Below are positions 12,256 through 23,700 of a DNA stretch of 60,832 bases, piece after piece; the stretch's first letter is position 1, and each line of letters starts with the position of its first letter. The position numbers and the translations under genes are program-made. Source of the DNA: Octopus bimaculoides (lineage: Eukaryota); the NCBI RefSeq assembly GCF_001194135.2, contig NC_069007.1, positions 21,830,111 through 21,890,942 of the forward strand. Reading direction: 5' to 3'. The notes under the pieces were generated by a model. That model was not told the DNA's origin, made no database searches, and saw only the letters and a list, made by a program, of their open reading frames with translations.

Positions 12256-13109
12256 CTGGAAATTTGTAAGAGATAAAAGGAAGTGATTACTCCAGGTAAA
12301 GACTTAACACAGGTGTGTAAACAAACAGAATGCGAATAAACAAATACAGAAAACAAGCAAAAGAACAAGAGAAAAATAAAAGTAAAAACAATTACGGGTA
12401 CATGTTAAAAAAAATAGGGCCCCTCCCCACTCAATTCCCATCAGGTCTTTACTAGCTTCTCCCCCCCCCCCCTGGGGTAGCCATGTTTCTCTTCTAATAC
12501 AAGATAGCTTTTCTGTCCCTCAATAATACCCTTCCCCCCACCAGCTGAGAGGGTCTTGTCTTGCAAGTCACCTGGTAACCCCACTGCTGCTTGTGTTATG
12601 TAAATGAAAAGCACCCAGTATGGCCTGTACAGTGTTTGCAGTTAGGAAGGACGGCGGGACACAGAAACGATGCCAAAACTAACAGCAGAGTCTTGTGCAG
12701 TCTTCTGACATGCCAATTCCCGTCCAACCCATGTCAGCATGGAAATCGGATTTTAAATGATAGTGAATGATCCCAAGCAAAATTAAGGAGTCACACTTGA
12801 AAAATAAATGTAAGGAGATTTATTATAAGGTAAAGTTATGTCCCTGAGTCATGCCGACTCATAAGGGCCCGTTTCTTGGTTTCCATGGCGTATAGATTTT
12901 CCACCTGGACGGGATGCTGGTCTGTCGCAGGATTATTCATTTTTGCCAGCTGAGCAACATGAAATGAAAGGTTTTGCTCAAGAATACAATGCGTTACCCA
13001 GTCCAGGAATCGAAACTACAATCCATGTAAGAGCTCTCAATAGTTCTATCTTTGAAATATCTACGGGAGTCCTCAGTAACCCAGTTCCCTCATTCAACAC
13101 AACAGCTGT

Positions 13110-13275
13110 GGGATGGAAGAGGCCTTGTGACAGGCCATGCAGCAGATGGTTGGACGGGATTAGGGGAAGATCCCCAGAGGCTTGACATCACCTTGGAGGA
13201 TGGAGAGGGGCTGGTATGGGACCGCCAGTAATGGAGAGCACTAGTGAACTTGGTTGGCTCTACCCATGATGATGT
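13110..13275 (+). mobile_element. Decayed 3' end of an RTE-type LINE ORF
   Basis: Reads GWKRPCDRPCSRWLDGI, then after a frameshift LDITLEDGEGLVWDRQ*WRALV. This is the typical RTE C-terminal 'KRPRGRP..RW.D' and 'DR..WR..V' pattern. Confidence 0.65.
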
Positions 13276-13929
13276 CTTTGGGACCACTAACCTGGGACGA
13301 CCCCAGCCCCATCAAACAAGAGTGTGAAGCAAGCAAGCAGCAATCCTACCTTTAAAATACATATAAGAGCTCACCAATAGTCTCACCTGCATATAAGAGC
13401 TCTTAAAATAGGTCCAAGAGCTCTCCCCATAATCCTACCTACATATAAGGGCTCTCACCCTTAAAATAGGTCTAAGAACCCTCAGCAAACCAACCTGTAA
13501 AATACCTCTCAATACCCCCTGATTTACAAATACACAAATGAATGCCCAATCATAAACATCTGAGGAATCAATCCCTTTGGGGCTCTTGAGAATACTGTCT
13601 CCTACATAGACATGGCACCAGTTATTCCAAGAGCTTTACTGGTTTAAGGATGAGGATTTCTTAAGGTTAAAACAGTTATAAAATATCTAATAACAATACT
13701 TACCCATTTTGAGCAATGCTTGATTGGTCGTAGCCAACAGGTATTCCCTACAAGGAGCAGAAAGAGTGGCGAGTTTAGTTTCTGGTTATACAAAACAAAC
13801 AAACCATGATGATTGTGATCATCTTGCAACAATTTCCCCTTGCTTATTCAACTTTACATTATCAAATAAATAATTCTAATGAAACAAACACAAGCTAATG
13901 TCGTCATCATCATCTGGCTGAACTTGCTT

Positions 13930-14237
13930 AGCCATTTTTTGACCTGTACACACCATCCATCTTGGTCCTGCATTAGTTGAGGAAGGTTTTTGGGGAGGCA
14001 TCCACCGTCTCCGAGGAGTTGATCCACATATGTTATATTCGGACGACCATCATGATTATGGCCATGCTTTGGCATTCATAGCAGTGGGTCACTTGCCAGC
14101 TCTTGTTTAACTCCCCAGCAATGTCCTGCAAAGCACAAGCGCTTTCCTTTTATAATGTTGGAAACAGGCAGGAGATCTCCATACAGTTGTTTCATGGTGG
14201 AATGAGTTCTACAAGATACGGTTAAGACTACTCTTAA
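13930..14237 (-). mobile_element. Decayed RTE-type LINE fragment (post-RT region)
   Basis: LRVVLTVSCRTHSTMKQLYGDLLPVSNIIKGKRLCFAGHCW...LL*MPKHGHNHDGRPNITYVDQL matches the RTE pattern 'RRLRFAGHC..LW.PKHG..GRP..TY.D.L', with an in-frame stop. Confidence 0.8.
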
Positions 14238-14668
14238 NNNNNNNNNNNNNNNNNNNNNNNNNNNNGGGTAGATGACAGTTATTATGCAGGAATAATACAA
14301 ATGAAAAATAAGTTGCTTCAGGTTTCAAGTTCAGTGAGCCCTACTAACCACCCCCTCCCCACTGCCACAATTCTGTTGTGGTGGGCAGGTCTTCTCGAGC
14401 ACAGCAAATGAGCTTTCAAGCATCTACAAGTTGGTGCTCATTTTCTGGTCAATCTGCCATCATTTGGCAAAGGTCTTCATTGGTGACGTTAGAGCAGTGG
14501 GGGTGAAATATACTGTCATGATAATGCAATGGGCGAAAAGAAGTTGTTTGTCAGAGATAGAGAAGGGCATATTATTATCTCAGAGAAAGCAGGAATCAGA
14601 CAGGGCTAGTTATTCATGTGGGAATCCATGTTGGAAAGCAAGAGTTAAAAGAAAGAAGGAATACTCAC

Positions 14669-14787
14669 AGTTACATAGCTATAATTGTTGGCATCAGCCC
14701 TTTCTGTCCAGGAACGGTTTTGTTGATATTGAGCTTTTTTTTTACTGCCACCATCAGCAAATTTTACCAAAAGAGGCTCATTGCCAC
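14669..14787 (-). CDS. RBMS: RBMS/shep exon, end of RRM2 ((G)GNEPLLVKFADGGSKKKAQYQQNRSWTERADANNYSYVT)
   Basis: Acceptor gtctttaacag| and donor act|gtgagt (alternative tat|gtaact 6 nt earlier); 119 nt, phase 1 to 0. EPLLVKFADGG is the family motif. Confidence 0.93.
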
Positions 14788-15614
14788 CTGTTAAAGACAA
14801 AAACAAAAGGCTTTGAAGGAAAAAAAATACAAATATCAGTCACTTTTCTTCTTCTTCATCATCATCACTGTCACCATCATCAACAACATCACCACCACCA
14901 TTTAGCATTTGTTTTGAATGCTGGCATGGGATGAACAGATTGATAAGGGCTGACAAGCCAAAGGGCTGTGCCAAACTCCAGTTGTCTGCTTTGGCATGGT
15001 TTCTACTGCTGGGTGCCGTTTCTAATGCAAACCACTTGGGTGCTTTTTATGTGGCACCAGCACTAGTGAGGTTCACTCAAATAATTTGCAAGGCAGGACC
15101 TTCAGCCGAGTGATGATGGTGTTGTGGAGAGACTAGCATTGTAGAAAGTGGCTTTGTGCCTGGTGATGAAAAGTATAAAGTATGATAGAGGGACAGAAAC
15201 AGGTGCCATGCTGTAGAGACACATGACTGTCCTAGTTGTAATACAGAAAATAAAATAAAAACAGAAGAGAGGAGGTAAATTATGATTTCATTCAACACAT
15301 TCCCCTCTCAGATTCACACACTTATTGCAGCAGTCCTTCTGCTTTTCTAAGGCCTGTAAAAGAAGTTGGAAGGTTGGGCCTCCAGCCAGGCCTTTCGCGA
15401 TGCCTTTAAAGCCAGGAACTTTTCAGCACCCCCTCGTACAAATCTACAGGCGTCAGCCAGCAGCGAAAGTGAAACAAAATGGACGAGTGATTCCTTGGTT
15501 TACAATCTCCAGTTCAATTCCTGCTATTGGTAAAAGACAGACGCAACAATACTGCGAGCTGGCATTCCATAGTTAATCATCATCATCATCATCAACAACA
15601 AAAGATATGCTTAC

Positions 15615-15834
15615 CTGCCAAAATTTTGGAATTAAAGTTTTGAATAATCTGTTCACATTTTTCTTTGCTCTCCATCCGTGCAAACCCTACCCCTCTACTC
15701 TGGCCATCCAATTTCCGTAAAATCCTTGTCGAAATCACAGTTCCATATTCCTTGAACAAATTCTCCAAGTGTTCTTCAGTGAAATATGGCGGAAGATTGG
15801 CAATATACAAATTGGTCGGATCTTGTTCTTGTTG
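15615..15834 (-). CDS. RBMS: RBMS/shep exon encoding RRM2 ([15 protein letters not shown]...[27 protein letters not shown]+)
   Basis: Lies within ORF 15592-15849. Acceptor tctactttgcag| and donor cag|gtaagc; 220 nt, phase 0 to 1. [10 protein letters not shown] and RGVGFARM are diagnostic. Confidence 0.97.
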
Positions 15835-16310
15835 CTGCAAAGTAGACAAAAGAGGAGAATGGTGGGGAAAAAGGGAAATGAAACTAGAATTAATTAATAA
15901 TAATAATAGTAATAATGGTTTCAGATTTTGCTACAAGGGCAGCAACTTTGGGGGAGGGGCTGAGTCGATTACATTGACCCCAGTGCATAACTGGTACTTA
16001 TTTCATCAACTGTGAAAGGATGAAAGGCAAAGTCAACCTTGGAATAATAATAATAATAATGATTTCTTTTAATATACCAACAAAAACAACAACAATCCCT
16101 TCTGCTTTAGGTACAAGGCTTGAAATTTTGGTGGGAAGGTGTAGGTCAATTACATCAACCCCAGTGCGTAACTGGTACTTATTTTATCAACCTCAAAAAA
16201 GGTGAAAGGCAAAGTTGACCTTGGCGGGATTTGAACTCAGAACGTAAAGACAAACGAAATATCGCTAAGCATTTCGTCCAGCACGCTAACGACACTGCCA
16301 GCTCACTGCC

Positions 16311-16367
<57 letters not shown>

Positions 16368-16429
16368 TAATAATAATAATGATAATAATAATAATAATAA
16401 TGATAATAATAATAATAATAATAATAATG

Positions 16430-16461
<32 letters not shown>

Positions 16462-16645
16462 AATAATGATAATAATAATAATGATAATAATAATAATAAT
16501 AATGATAATAATAATAATGATAATAATAATAATAATGATAATAATAATAATAATAATAATGATAATAATAATGATAATAATAATAATAATGATAATAATA
16601 ATGATAATAATAATAATAATAATGATAATAATAATAATAATGATA
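16311..16645. repeat. Long (AAT)n/(GAT) compound microsatellite
   Basis: Directly visible. Explains the poly-N/I/D ORFs in the track. Confidence 0.98.
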
Positions 16646-16862
16646 ATCCTTTCTACTAAAGGCACAAGGCCTGAAATTTTGGGAGAGGAAACTAGATGAT
16701 TACATCAACCCCAGAGTTTCAGTGGTACTTAATTTATTGACCCTGAAAGGGTGAAAGGTAAAGTCGACCTCAGTGGAATTTGAACCCAGAACGTAAAGAC
16801 AGACAAAATACTGCTAAGCATTTTGCCCGGCATGCTTACGTTTCTGCCAGCTCGCTGCCTTC
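16645..16862 (-). mobile_element. SINE family B. Other copies: 16100-16310(-), 18765-18975(+), four tandem copies 24590-25445(+), 37490-37690(-), 40610-40825(-), 55300-55490(-), 57590-58020(-)
   Basis: Recurrent ggcg..gagctggcagaa..cgttagca...gggttcaaatt...gaggtcgactttgcctttca...gtaccag...caggccttgtgcct, ending in an (ATT)n tail. Confidence 0.9.
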
Positions 16863-19479
16863 ATAATAATTAGAATAATGATAACAACAACAATTACAAC
16901 AATGATAATAATTAATAACAACAACAAAACAACAACAATAAAATTAAACAAAAAATATCTTCATATACAGTCTAATCTCACATCACAGGGTCAGAAGTTC
17001 CATCACCAGAAGATCTGGGGCCTCTTCATCACAAATTGGAGAAAAGAGGTAATGTCCAAAGCAATGACAGGCCAAATACCTTGTCCATTTGACCACTTGG
17101 TTCAGCAGTGATGTAGAAAGAGAGGCAGATGGACACGGAACATCGATTCACACAGCACAGAGATTCACAGAATGAAACCAATGTTTTAACTCTTGAGTTT
17201 TGCAGCCTCAAGTGGATGAGAGAAGATGAAAATCTCACCCTGGATAGGATACCAGTACGTTGCAGTGAAAATTTCCCAGAAGGTCTGATATCTTAGCATA
17301 ACACTCCATATTAAGTTAAGTTAAAAACCTTGCTCAAACACACGACCAGATACCCACAGGAGCATGTGAACCCACAAGCTGTGAGTTTGTAGCCTGATAA
17401 GTTACCCACTCTGCTGCTCCTGACAAGAAACAAAGCAGACAGTAAAAGCATTGTTGAGAGTTCAATCTCAGACTGGGTGTGCTTGAGTGTACTGTACACC
17501 TAGTTTCCTTACTAAAACAGTAACATGATACGAAGAGTGTGAGAGAGAGAGAGAGAGAGAGAGAGATGGAAAGACAGGTAGGCGAGAACCAGTCAGGTAA
17601 ACCATTGTAGGTAAACGAGTATGGAAGAGGAGGGTAAGGAGAGGGAAGAGGAGGGCAAGGAGAAAGGTATATGAAACATGCTGGTGGCACCCTCCACACT
17701 AATTATGTCTGCAGCGTTTTATTATATTATGGAAAGCGTAATGCTACTATTGTGCAAGTACTGCACTTTGGTGGTGAATTGTGCAAACTGAGCACTCATT
17801 ATTTGTTGCTTTTGATGCTCTTTACTGAATCAATTTTACTTGCATGATGTAAGTTGAGCCCAAATCAATAATCTAGAGAGGGATTAATTCCTGTCAAACT
17901 GATTGACCCACAACACACTATATTATAAAGACGACATCCTTCCTTCAGTGGTACTTTGGAAATCTCAAAGATGCACTTCACTGCTATATTTTTTGTTATT
18001 CCTCTAATTACTATGTTAATCATTATATCATTAACTAAGCGTGTGCAAAAAAAAAAAAAAGAATTAATTTGTCAGAATCATCTAAATTATCCTTTTCCTA
18101 ACAAATGCAGATATTCTTCAGGAAATATTGCATTGTTCCATCATCCAAATTTAGTAGCTAAGCCAGTCATAGGATTCACGTCATTCCCGTGAAGGGTTCC
18201 AAAGCTACAGTGCAGCTGTACAACTTAAAATAAAATCTTATTTTAAAGTAAACCACAAGAAAAGAGGAGAAGTAACACATAATAGAAGCACCCAGCAGTT
18301 TTCTAAATCCTATTCCCTGGATGTCAACCTGTTCACAGTCCAGTGCTGTTAATCGTATTATCTAAAAGTCATTACTAGATAAAATTATCCAAACAGCAAA
18401 TAAATCCTTAGTCAGAAGTGCCGTCATTTTCCTAATTGCTGTCCATCAACATTTTTATCTCCATCCTTTATCATTTTGTGTGGTTACATTGGTGTGAGGA
18501 AGACCTGTAAAATCAGACACGGTCTACTTAATCTTCTTTCATGGTTAGCTTCAGGACTTGGATGTCATTCAATCATTGCCTTATCCATTCAATGCATCCC
18601 CATGTGTTTCCTGCTGTAGCTTGGGCTGTTGCAGTCTCTCTTTCTCTCTCACACACATCCAATGTTCCAGGTTGCTTTCTTTTATATTTTTCCACATTGA
18701 CTGTGAAGTCTGAGAGTCATGGTGGCCATATCAACTGCATGGGAATTGATATCAAGAATCAGTAAAGGCGGTGAGCTGGTACCAGTCATTAGCCGGGCAA
18801 AATGCTTAGCAGCATTTCATACATCTGCAAGTTCTGGGTTCAAATTCTGCTGAGGTCGACTTTGCCTTCCATCCGTCCAGGGTCAACAGAATGAGTACCA
18901 GTTGAGTACTGGGGTCAATGGAAGAGACTTGCTCCACTCCCTTGAAATTGCTGGCCTTGTGCCAAAATTTGAAAATAATATTTAGAGTCAGTAGAGAATA
19001 AACAAGTGCTTCCGTGAATCTGAGTCGGTTGGATGGTCACTTTGGACTTAAATGTGATCTCGTATAAGCAAACGGAACCTTTATCCAAAAATCTGAAATG
19101 CTGGGACTTCATGGGTTTCTGTAGAACAATCCATTAATTCAGTTACCTGTGTAACACAATAGACATTTCCCTTTGTTTCATGACAAGAAATAATAATGTG
19201 TTTAAAAAAAAATCTATGAACAGTGCTATGGAGTTGTGAGTGGTAATTACATTCTAAATGTGTTGTGTATATTTGAATGCTGTGAGAGAACACGTGTGGT
19301 TATATCTGGATGTCCTTTCTTGTGCCAAGTTAGTAGAAGTCAGTAGAACAGAGAACAGCCAACCAAGAGGTTAGGGTTTCATATTCTGACAGGCATTCCA
19401 TAATGTCCCTGTCCAAGGTAACAGATTCAATTCTCAAAAGCTGAGTACGTTCACCTAACTATAAACTGATATTACAGGT

Positions 19480-19547
<68 letters not shown>

Positions 19548-20239
19548 TGTATGTATGTATGTATGCATGTGTGCGTATCCTTATATGTATATATACACAC
19601 GCACACATACACACACATGTATATATATATACACACACACACACATACACATACCCATATATATATTTTTAGGTAGTGGAAGCATTGTGGTGTTGCAGAG
19701 TGTTTCATTGGCTTGAAGTCATTGGTTCAATTCTTTCTTTCTTCAGCTAGAAAAAGACAAATGCGATGGTCACTCTATTGTTGTTGTTGTTGTTGTTCCC
19801 TTATCTCAGGTAGATTAATCCTTTTACTTGCTTAACGAACCTAAAACTAGAAATAACACTGAAGGTAGACTGTGTGATAGAGAGAGGAGTAAGAGGGAGA
19901 GACAGAGAGAGGGGGGCGGGGGTAGGATAGCTAATCCAAACAAATGACAATACATAAATGAGATTTAGAGAGAAATTCCTCTAAAATTAAGCAAAGTGAT
20001 TTCATTAATGCAGGGTAATCGGAGGTGCCAAACTGGTTAACTACACAAGGAATTGGCTCGTGGTCCTCGGAGACTTATTATTGGTTTCTGTATTATACCA
20101 GGTGCAGACATAAACAGAGCTGCTTAAATGCACCGGGTTGCAATGAGGCGCAGGGACGAAGCCACCACTGTGCACAGTTCAAGATTAGAACCCTGATGCT
20201 CCTCTCAAACCAGATTTTAGTCTCCTCCTGCAGATAATC

Positions 20240-20760
20240 CAAGTTTAATTACACCTCACCCATGCCGAATTCTGAGCTAAATTCACTCAGCGGCGTCACA
20301 GACTTGAAAGTACAAGTTGTGCTGAACGCCTTCTTGTCACCTATGAACATAATTACTGGTATCCAATCACTGCAGATCTCTGCTGACCGATTCACGAGTA
20401 CAGTCATAGTTGTTGATCAAATTCTTGCCAACCTCTTTCTTAGCAATAACTATAATCTTTCAGCCTCTCTCTTTTACAGCCACTATACATCACCAGGTTT
20501 GCTGTTCAAAGGAGCTCTCTGACAGCAGTTCTTCACTCTCGCTTTCTTTCTGCTAGTGTCACTCACCCCTCCAAAAGATGTCATCTTTCGCACGTGGCTG
20601 CTCTCAGCGTCCGATCCAAACATAGTGGTCCCTCTTGGCTTCGGCATACCATGATCCCTTGTCGGAAACGGTTCCCGCATCCTCGGTTCCCTCTTTCGTA
20701 TGACCTGTCAAAATTCAAGTCCCTTATCAACCAACTGAATGAGACCAGTTCTCTGCTCAC
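20240..20760 (+). mobile_element. Decayed CR1/L2/Jockey-group LINE 3' fragment
   Basis: Frameshifted motifs ASLFYSHY, CSKELS and FPLSYDLSKFKSLINQL, typical of the C-terminus of these LINE ORF2 proteins. Confidence 0.7.
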
Positions 20761-23700
20761 CACTTCTCTAGGCCTTCCATAAAGACATGGCTTCTTTTCT
20801 CAGGACAAAATCCACACAGAAATAGGAACAAGGAGAGGAGAGAAGGGGGAGGAGGGCTAACTTGCAGTGTGTCATCATCATCATCAACTTCAACATCAAT
20901 TGTTACAATAACATGACTGCAGGTTGGGTTGTTGCTAATAACACAATTTTTTAATACTCTTAAATTTTTTTTGGGGGGGAAATAGATGGAGAGCACTTGG
21001 AGATGGATGGCTGCAGACAGAAAATGCCATCAGTGTCAACAGATGGTGGTGGACAAACCAGCTGCATTGGAATAGGCAACCTTTTAAAACACAGAACAGG
21101 GTGGGGGGCAGTGGGGGACGGGAATGGGTTACTAGAAAATGACTGACTGGTTTCAGATTCCTGAAAAAAGGGATATATGTAAAGACCAAAGATTATCCCT
21201 ACTTACTGTAAGACCTTGTAAACATTTGTTAATGGGGAGCGACAAGTTACCTTAGTTTCATTAAACAACACACCTGACACACTCAAGGCACATACCATCA
21301 AACAAACAGACTTTCATTAATTACAACATCCTTACTTGTAGACAACACATTAACCTTTAGCATGATGTAGATGCATCATGTCACTGTAAGAGTTTTCTTC
21401 CCTCTCAATACAACACAATGTGCCTGCAGGTAGAGGGGAGAAAACTTGTACTGCACCATGATGCACCTAAGCATGCTAAAGGTTAATACTAAAAGTTTCC
21501 TACAACTGTCAGGCCTCACCCTACCCAAAACACTATGATGGTCCCGCTCTAGGGACAGAAAATACTTTACTCAGGGTCAATTGCTGACCTTCTACAAAAT
21601 TTTGCACATATATCTTTTGGCATTTACATACACCATTTCACTAGTTTCAGTCATTGGATTGCAACCATACTGGGACCCTGTCTCAAAGGGCTTCATTGAC
21701 CAAATTGAACCTGGCACTTACTTTAAAATTTGGTGCTTATTCTATCAGTCATTTCCTTTTTGCTGAACTGCTAAGTTATGGAGATATAAACCAACACTGG
21801 TTGTCAAATGGTGAAAGACAAACACAACAGTTGTGCACACACACACACACACCTATCAAATTTACTCAGAAGGTACTGGCCAATCTGGGGCAATAATGGA
21901 CTGAAACAGTACATAATGTGACATGGTTGCAAAGCACATTGCTTAGCCATACACACAGACACACACACACAAGTCAATCAAATTCCCTCGCAAGTTATTG
22001 GTGAGTCTGGGCCTGTAACAAAGTGAAACTCAATCTAAAGTGACATAGTTGCAAAGCAAAACTTCTTGTTCTTATGCACGTACACACCAACAATGTATTC
22101 ATCTAAAAGAAAGCCATCCAATGGAATGGTATAAAAATAATAAAAGAAGAGAAAAAAAAAAATCAAACATGCTACAACCATCCATCTGCAAACAAAGAGA
22201 CAGTAGTACATACACACACACACACGACATATTATAACAGAGGCTTCTTTCAGTTTCCATTAACCAAATCAACTCACAAGGCTCCAGTCATCCTGCAGCT
22301 ATAGAAGACACACTCTCTCTCTCACACACACACAAACTATGTATAAAACACTTAACTGGATTGCTATTGTATTTGTTAGCACATGTCATTTGTGAAGTAG
22401 TTTGTGTGTGTGTGTGTGTGTTGCAGTGAACTGCCCCCTCCTCTCCCAACATTCTTTCCAATGTCTGAAGGTCATGTGACCTTAATGACCTTCTGCTGGT
22501 TCAGCCACACAATGGCACACATTGTCATTTGTGCTGTGACTTTAGATCTTGTCTCACTAGCTTCTGATTCATTGTGTAGACCAGGAATGAGGAGGAGGAG
22601 TCTGTGAGGGGTGGGTGGGGTGAAAAAGGAGAGTTCATTAAAAAAACTTGTCTCTCTATTGTCACAATGGACAAAAAACAAGTTGAGGAGTCCTGACATG
22701 CCACACACATCCTGCTATTAATCTGCAGCACCAGCAACCACCAAGGCTGTTTATTGCTGATTGGAGTCAGTCCTTCGTCTGTCTCCAGTAAAAACACAGG
22801 TTGAGATGTCACAGATCAACTTGACATGGTCCCAACTTTACTGAAAAGTTCCTGGCTTTATGGGTATTGTGAAAGGCCTACAAGGAAAGGACTTCACCTC
22901 CATGGTCACACAAATCGCTAGAAATAGCAGCCAAGTCTCTCTCAAAGCTCTCTCCCTCTCTCTCAGCATGATTACAAAAGAGAAAGAAATGACACATTGG
23001 ATAATGCAGTTCTAAAAACAATGAAATGAAGTGGAGATGGCCAAAGCTGGAACATCTTTCACTGTATGCCTGTTCAATCTCAAAGATGACCTGGGACATA
23101 ACAACAACAACAACATGCACCAAAGAAGTCAACTTGTAGAATGTTCTCTTTCTCTAAACCTCATATACATATCTTTTATCTTTTACTCGTTTCAGTCATT
23201 AAATTGCAGCCACACTGGGGCATTGCTTTGAAGAAATTTAGAGGGACGAACCGACCCCAGGACTTTTTACCTTTCAAATCATAGTACTTATTTTATTGGT
23301 CTCTTTTGCCCAACCACCATGTTATGGAGACATAAACACACCAACAGCAGTTGTCAAGTGGTGGTGGTGGTGGTGAACAAACAGTCACAAACATACACAC
23401 ATTGATATATATATGGCAGGCTTCATTCAGTTTCTATCAACCAAATCCAGTCACAAGGCTTTGGTCAGCCTAAAATAGAAAGCACTTGTCCAAGGTGCCA
23501 CGCCGTGGAGCTGAACCCGGATCCATGTGGTTGTGAAGCAAGCTTCTTACCACACAGCCACGCCTGCGCTTATATCTATACATAATATGTGCATAGCAAA
23601 CGAAGGGGTCTAGGAATAGAGCAAGTCTTCTCCAGTCACACACACACACATAGACCCAAAGAAGTCCTCACTCTAAACTTCATTTATATCGAGGAGTCAG

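Noticed and set aside
16231-16699. Poly-Asn/Asp, poly-Ile and Met/Ile ORFs
   Set aside because: Translations of the (AAT/GAT) microsatellite, with no splice or homology support.
17350-17370. Peptide VGIW, recalling a short insert I remember after QMAK in Drosophila shep
   Set aside because: Only four residues, recalled from memory, in a frame ending at a stop. Probably coincidence.
19141-19170. Another AG|GT juxtaposition (ttacacag|gtaact)
   Set aside because: The polypyrimidine tract is poor compared with the 52.9 kb site and is expected by chance.
22820-23100. Possible mariner-type end sequence and relic ORF
   Set aside because: Too degenerate to support without a library search.
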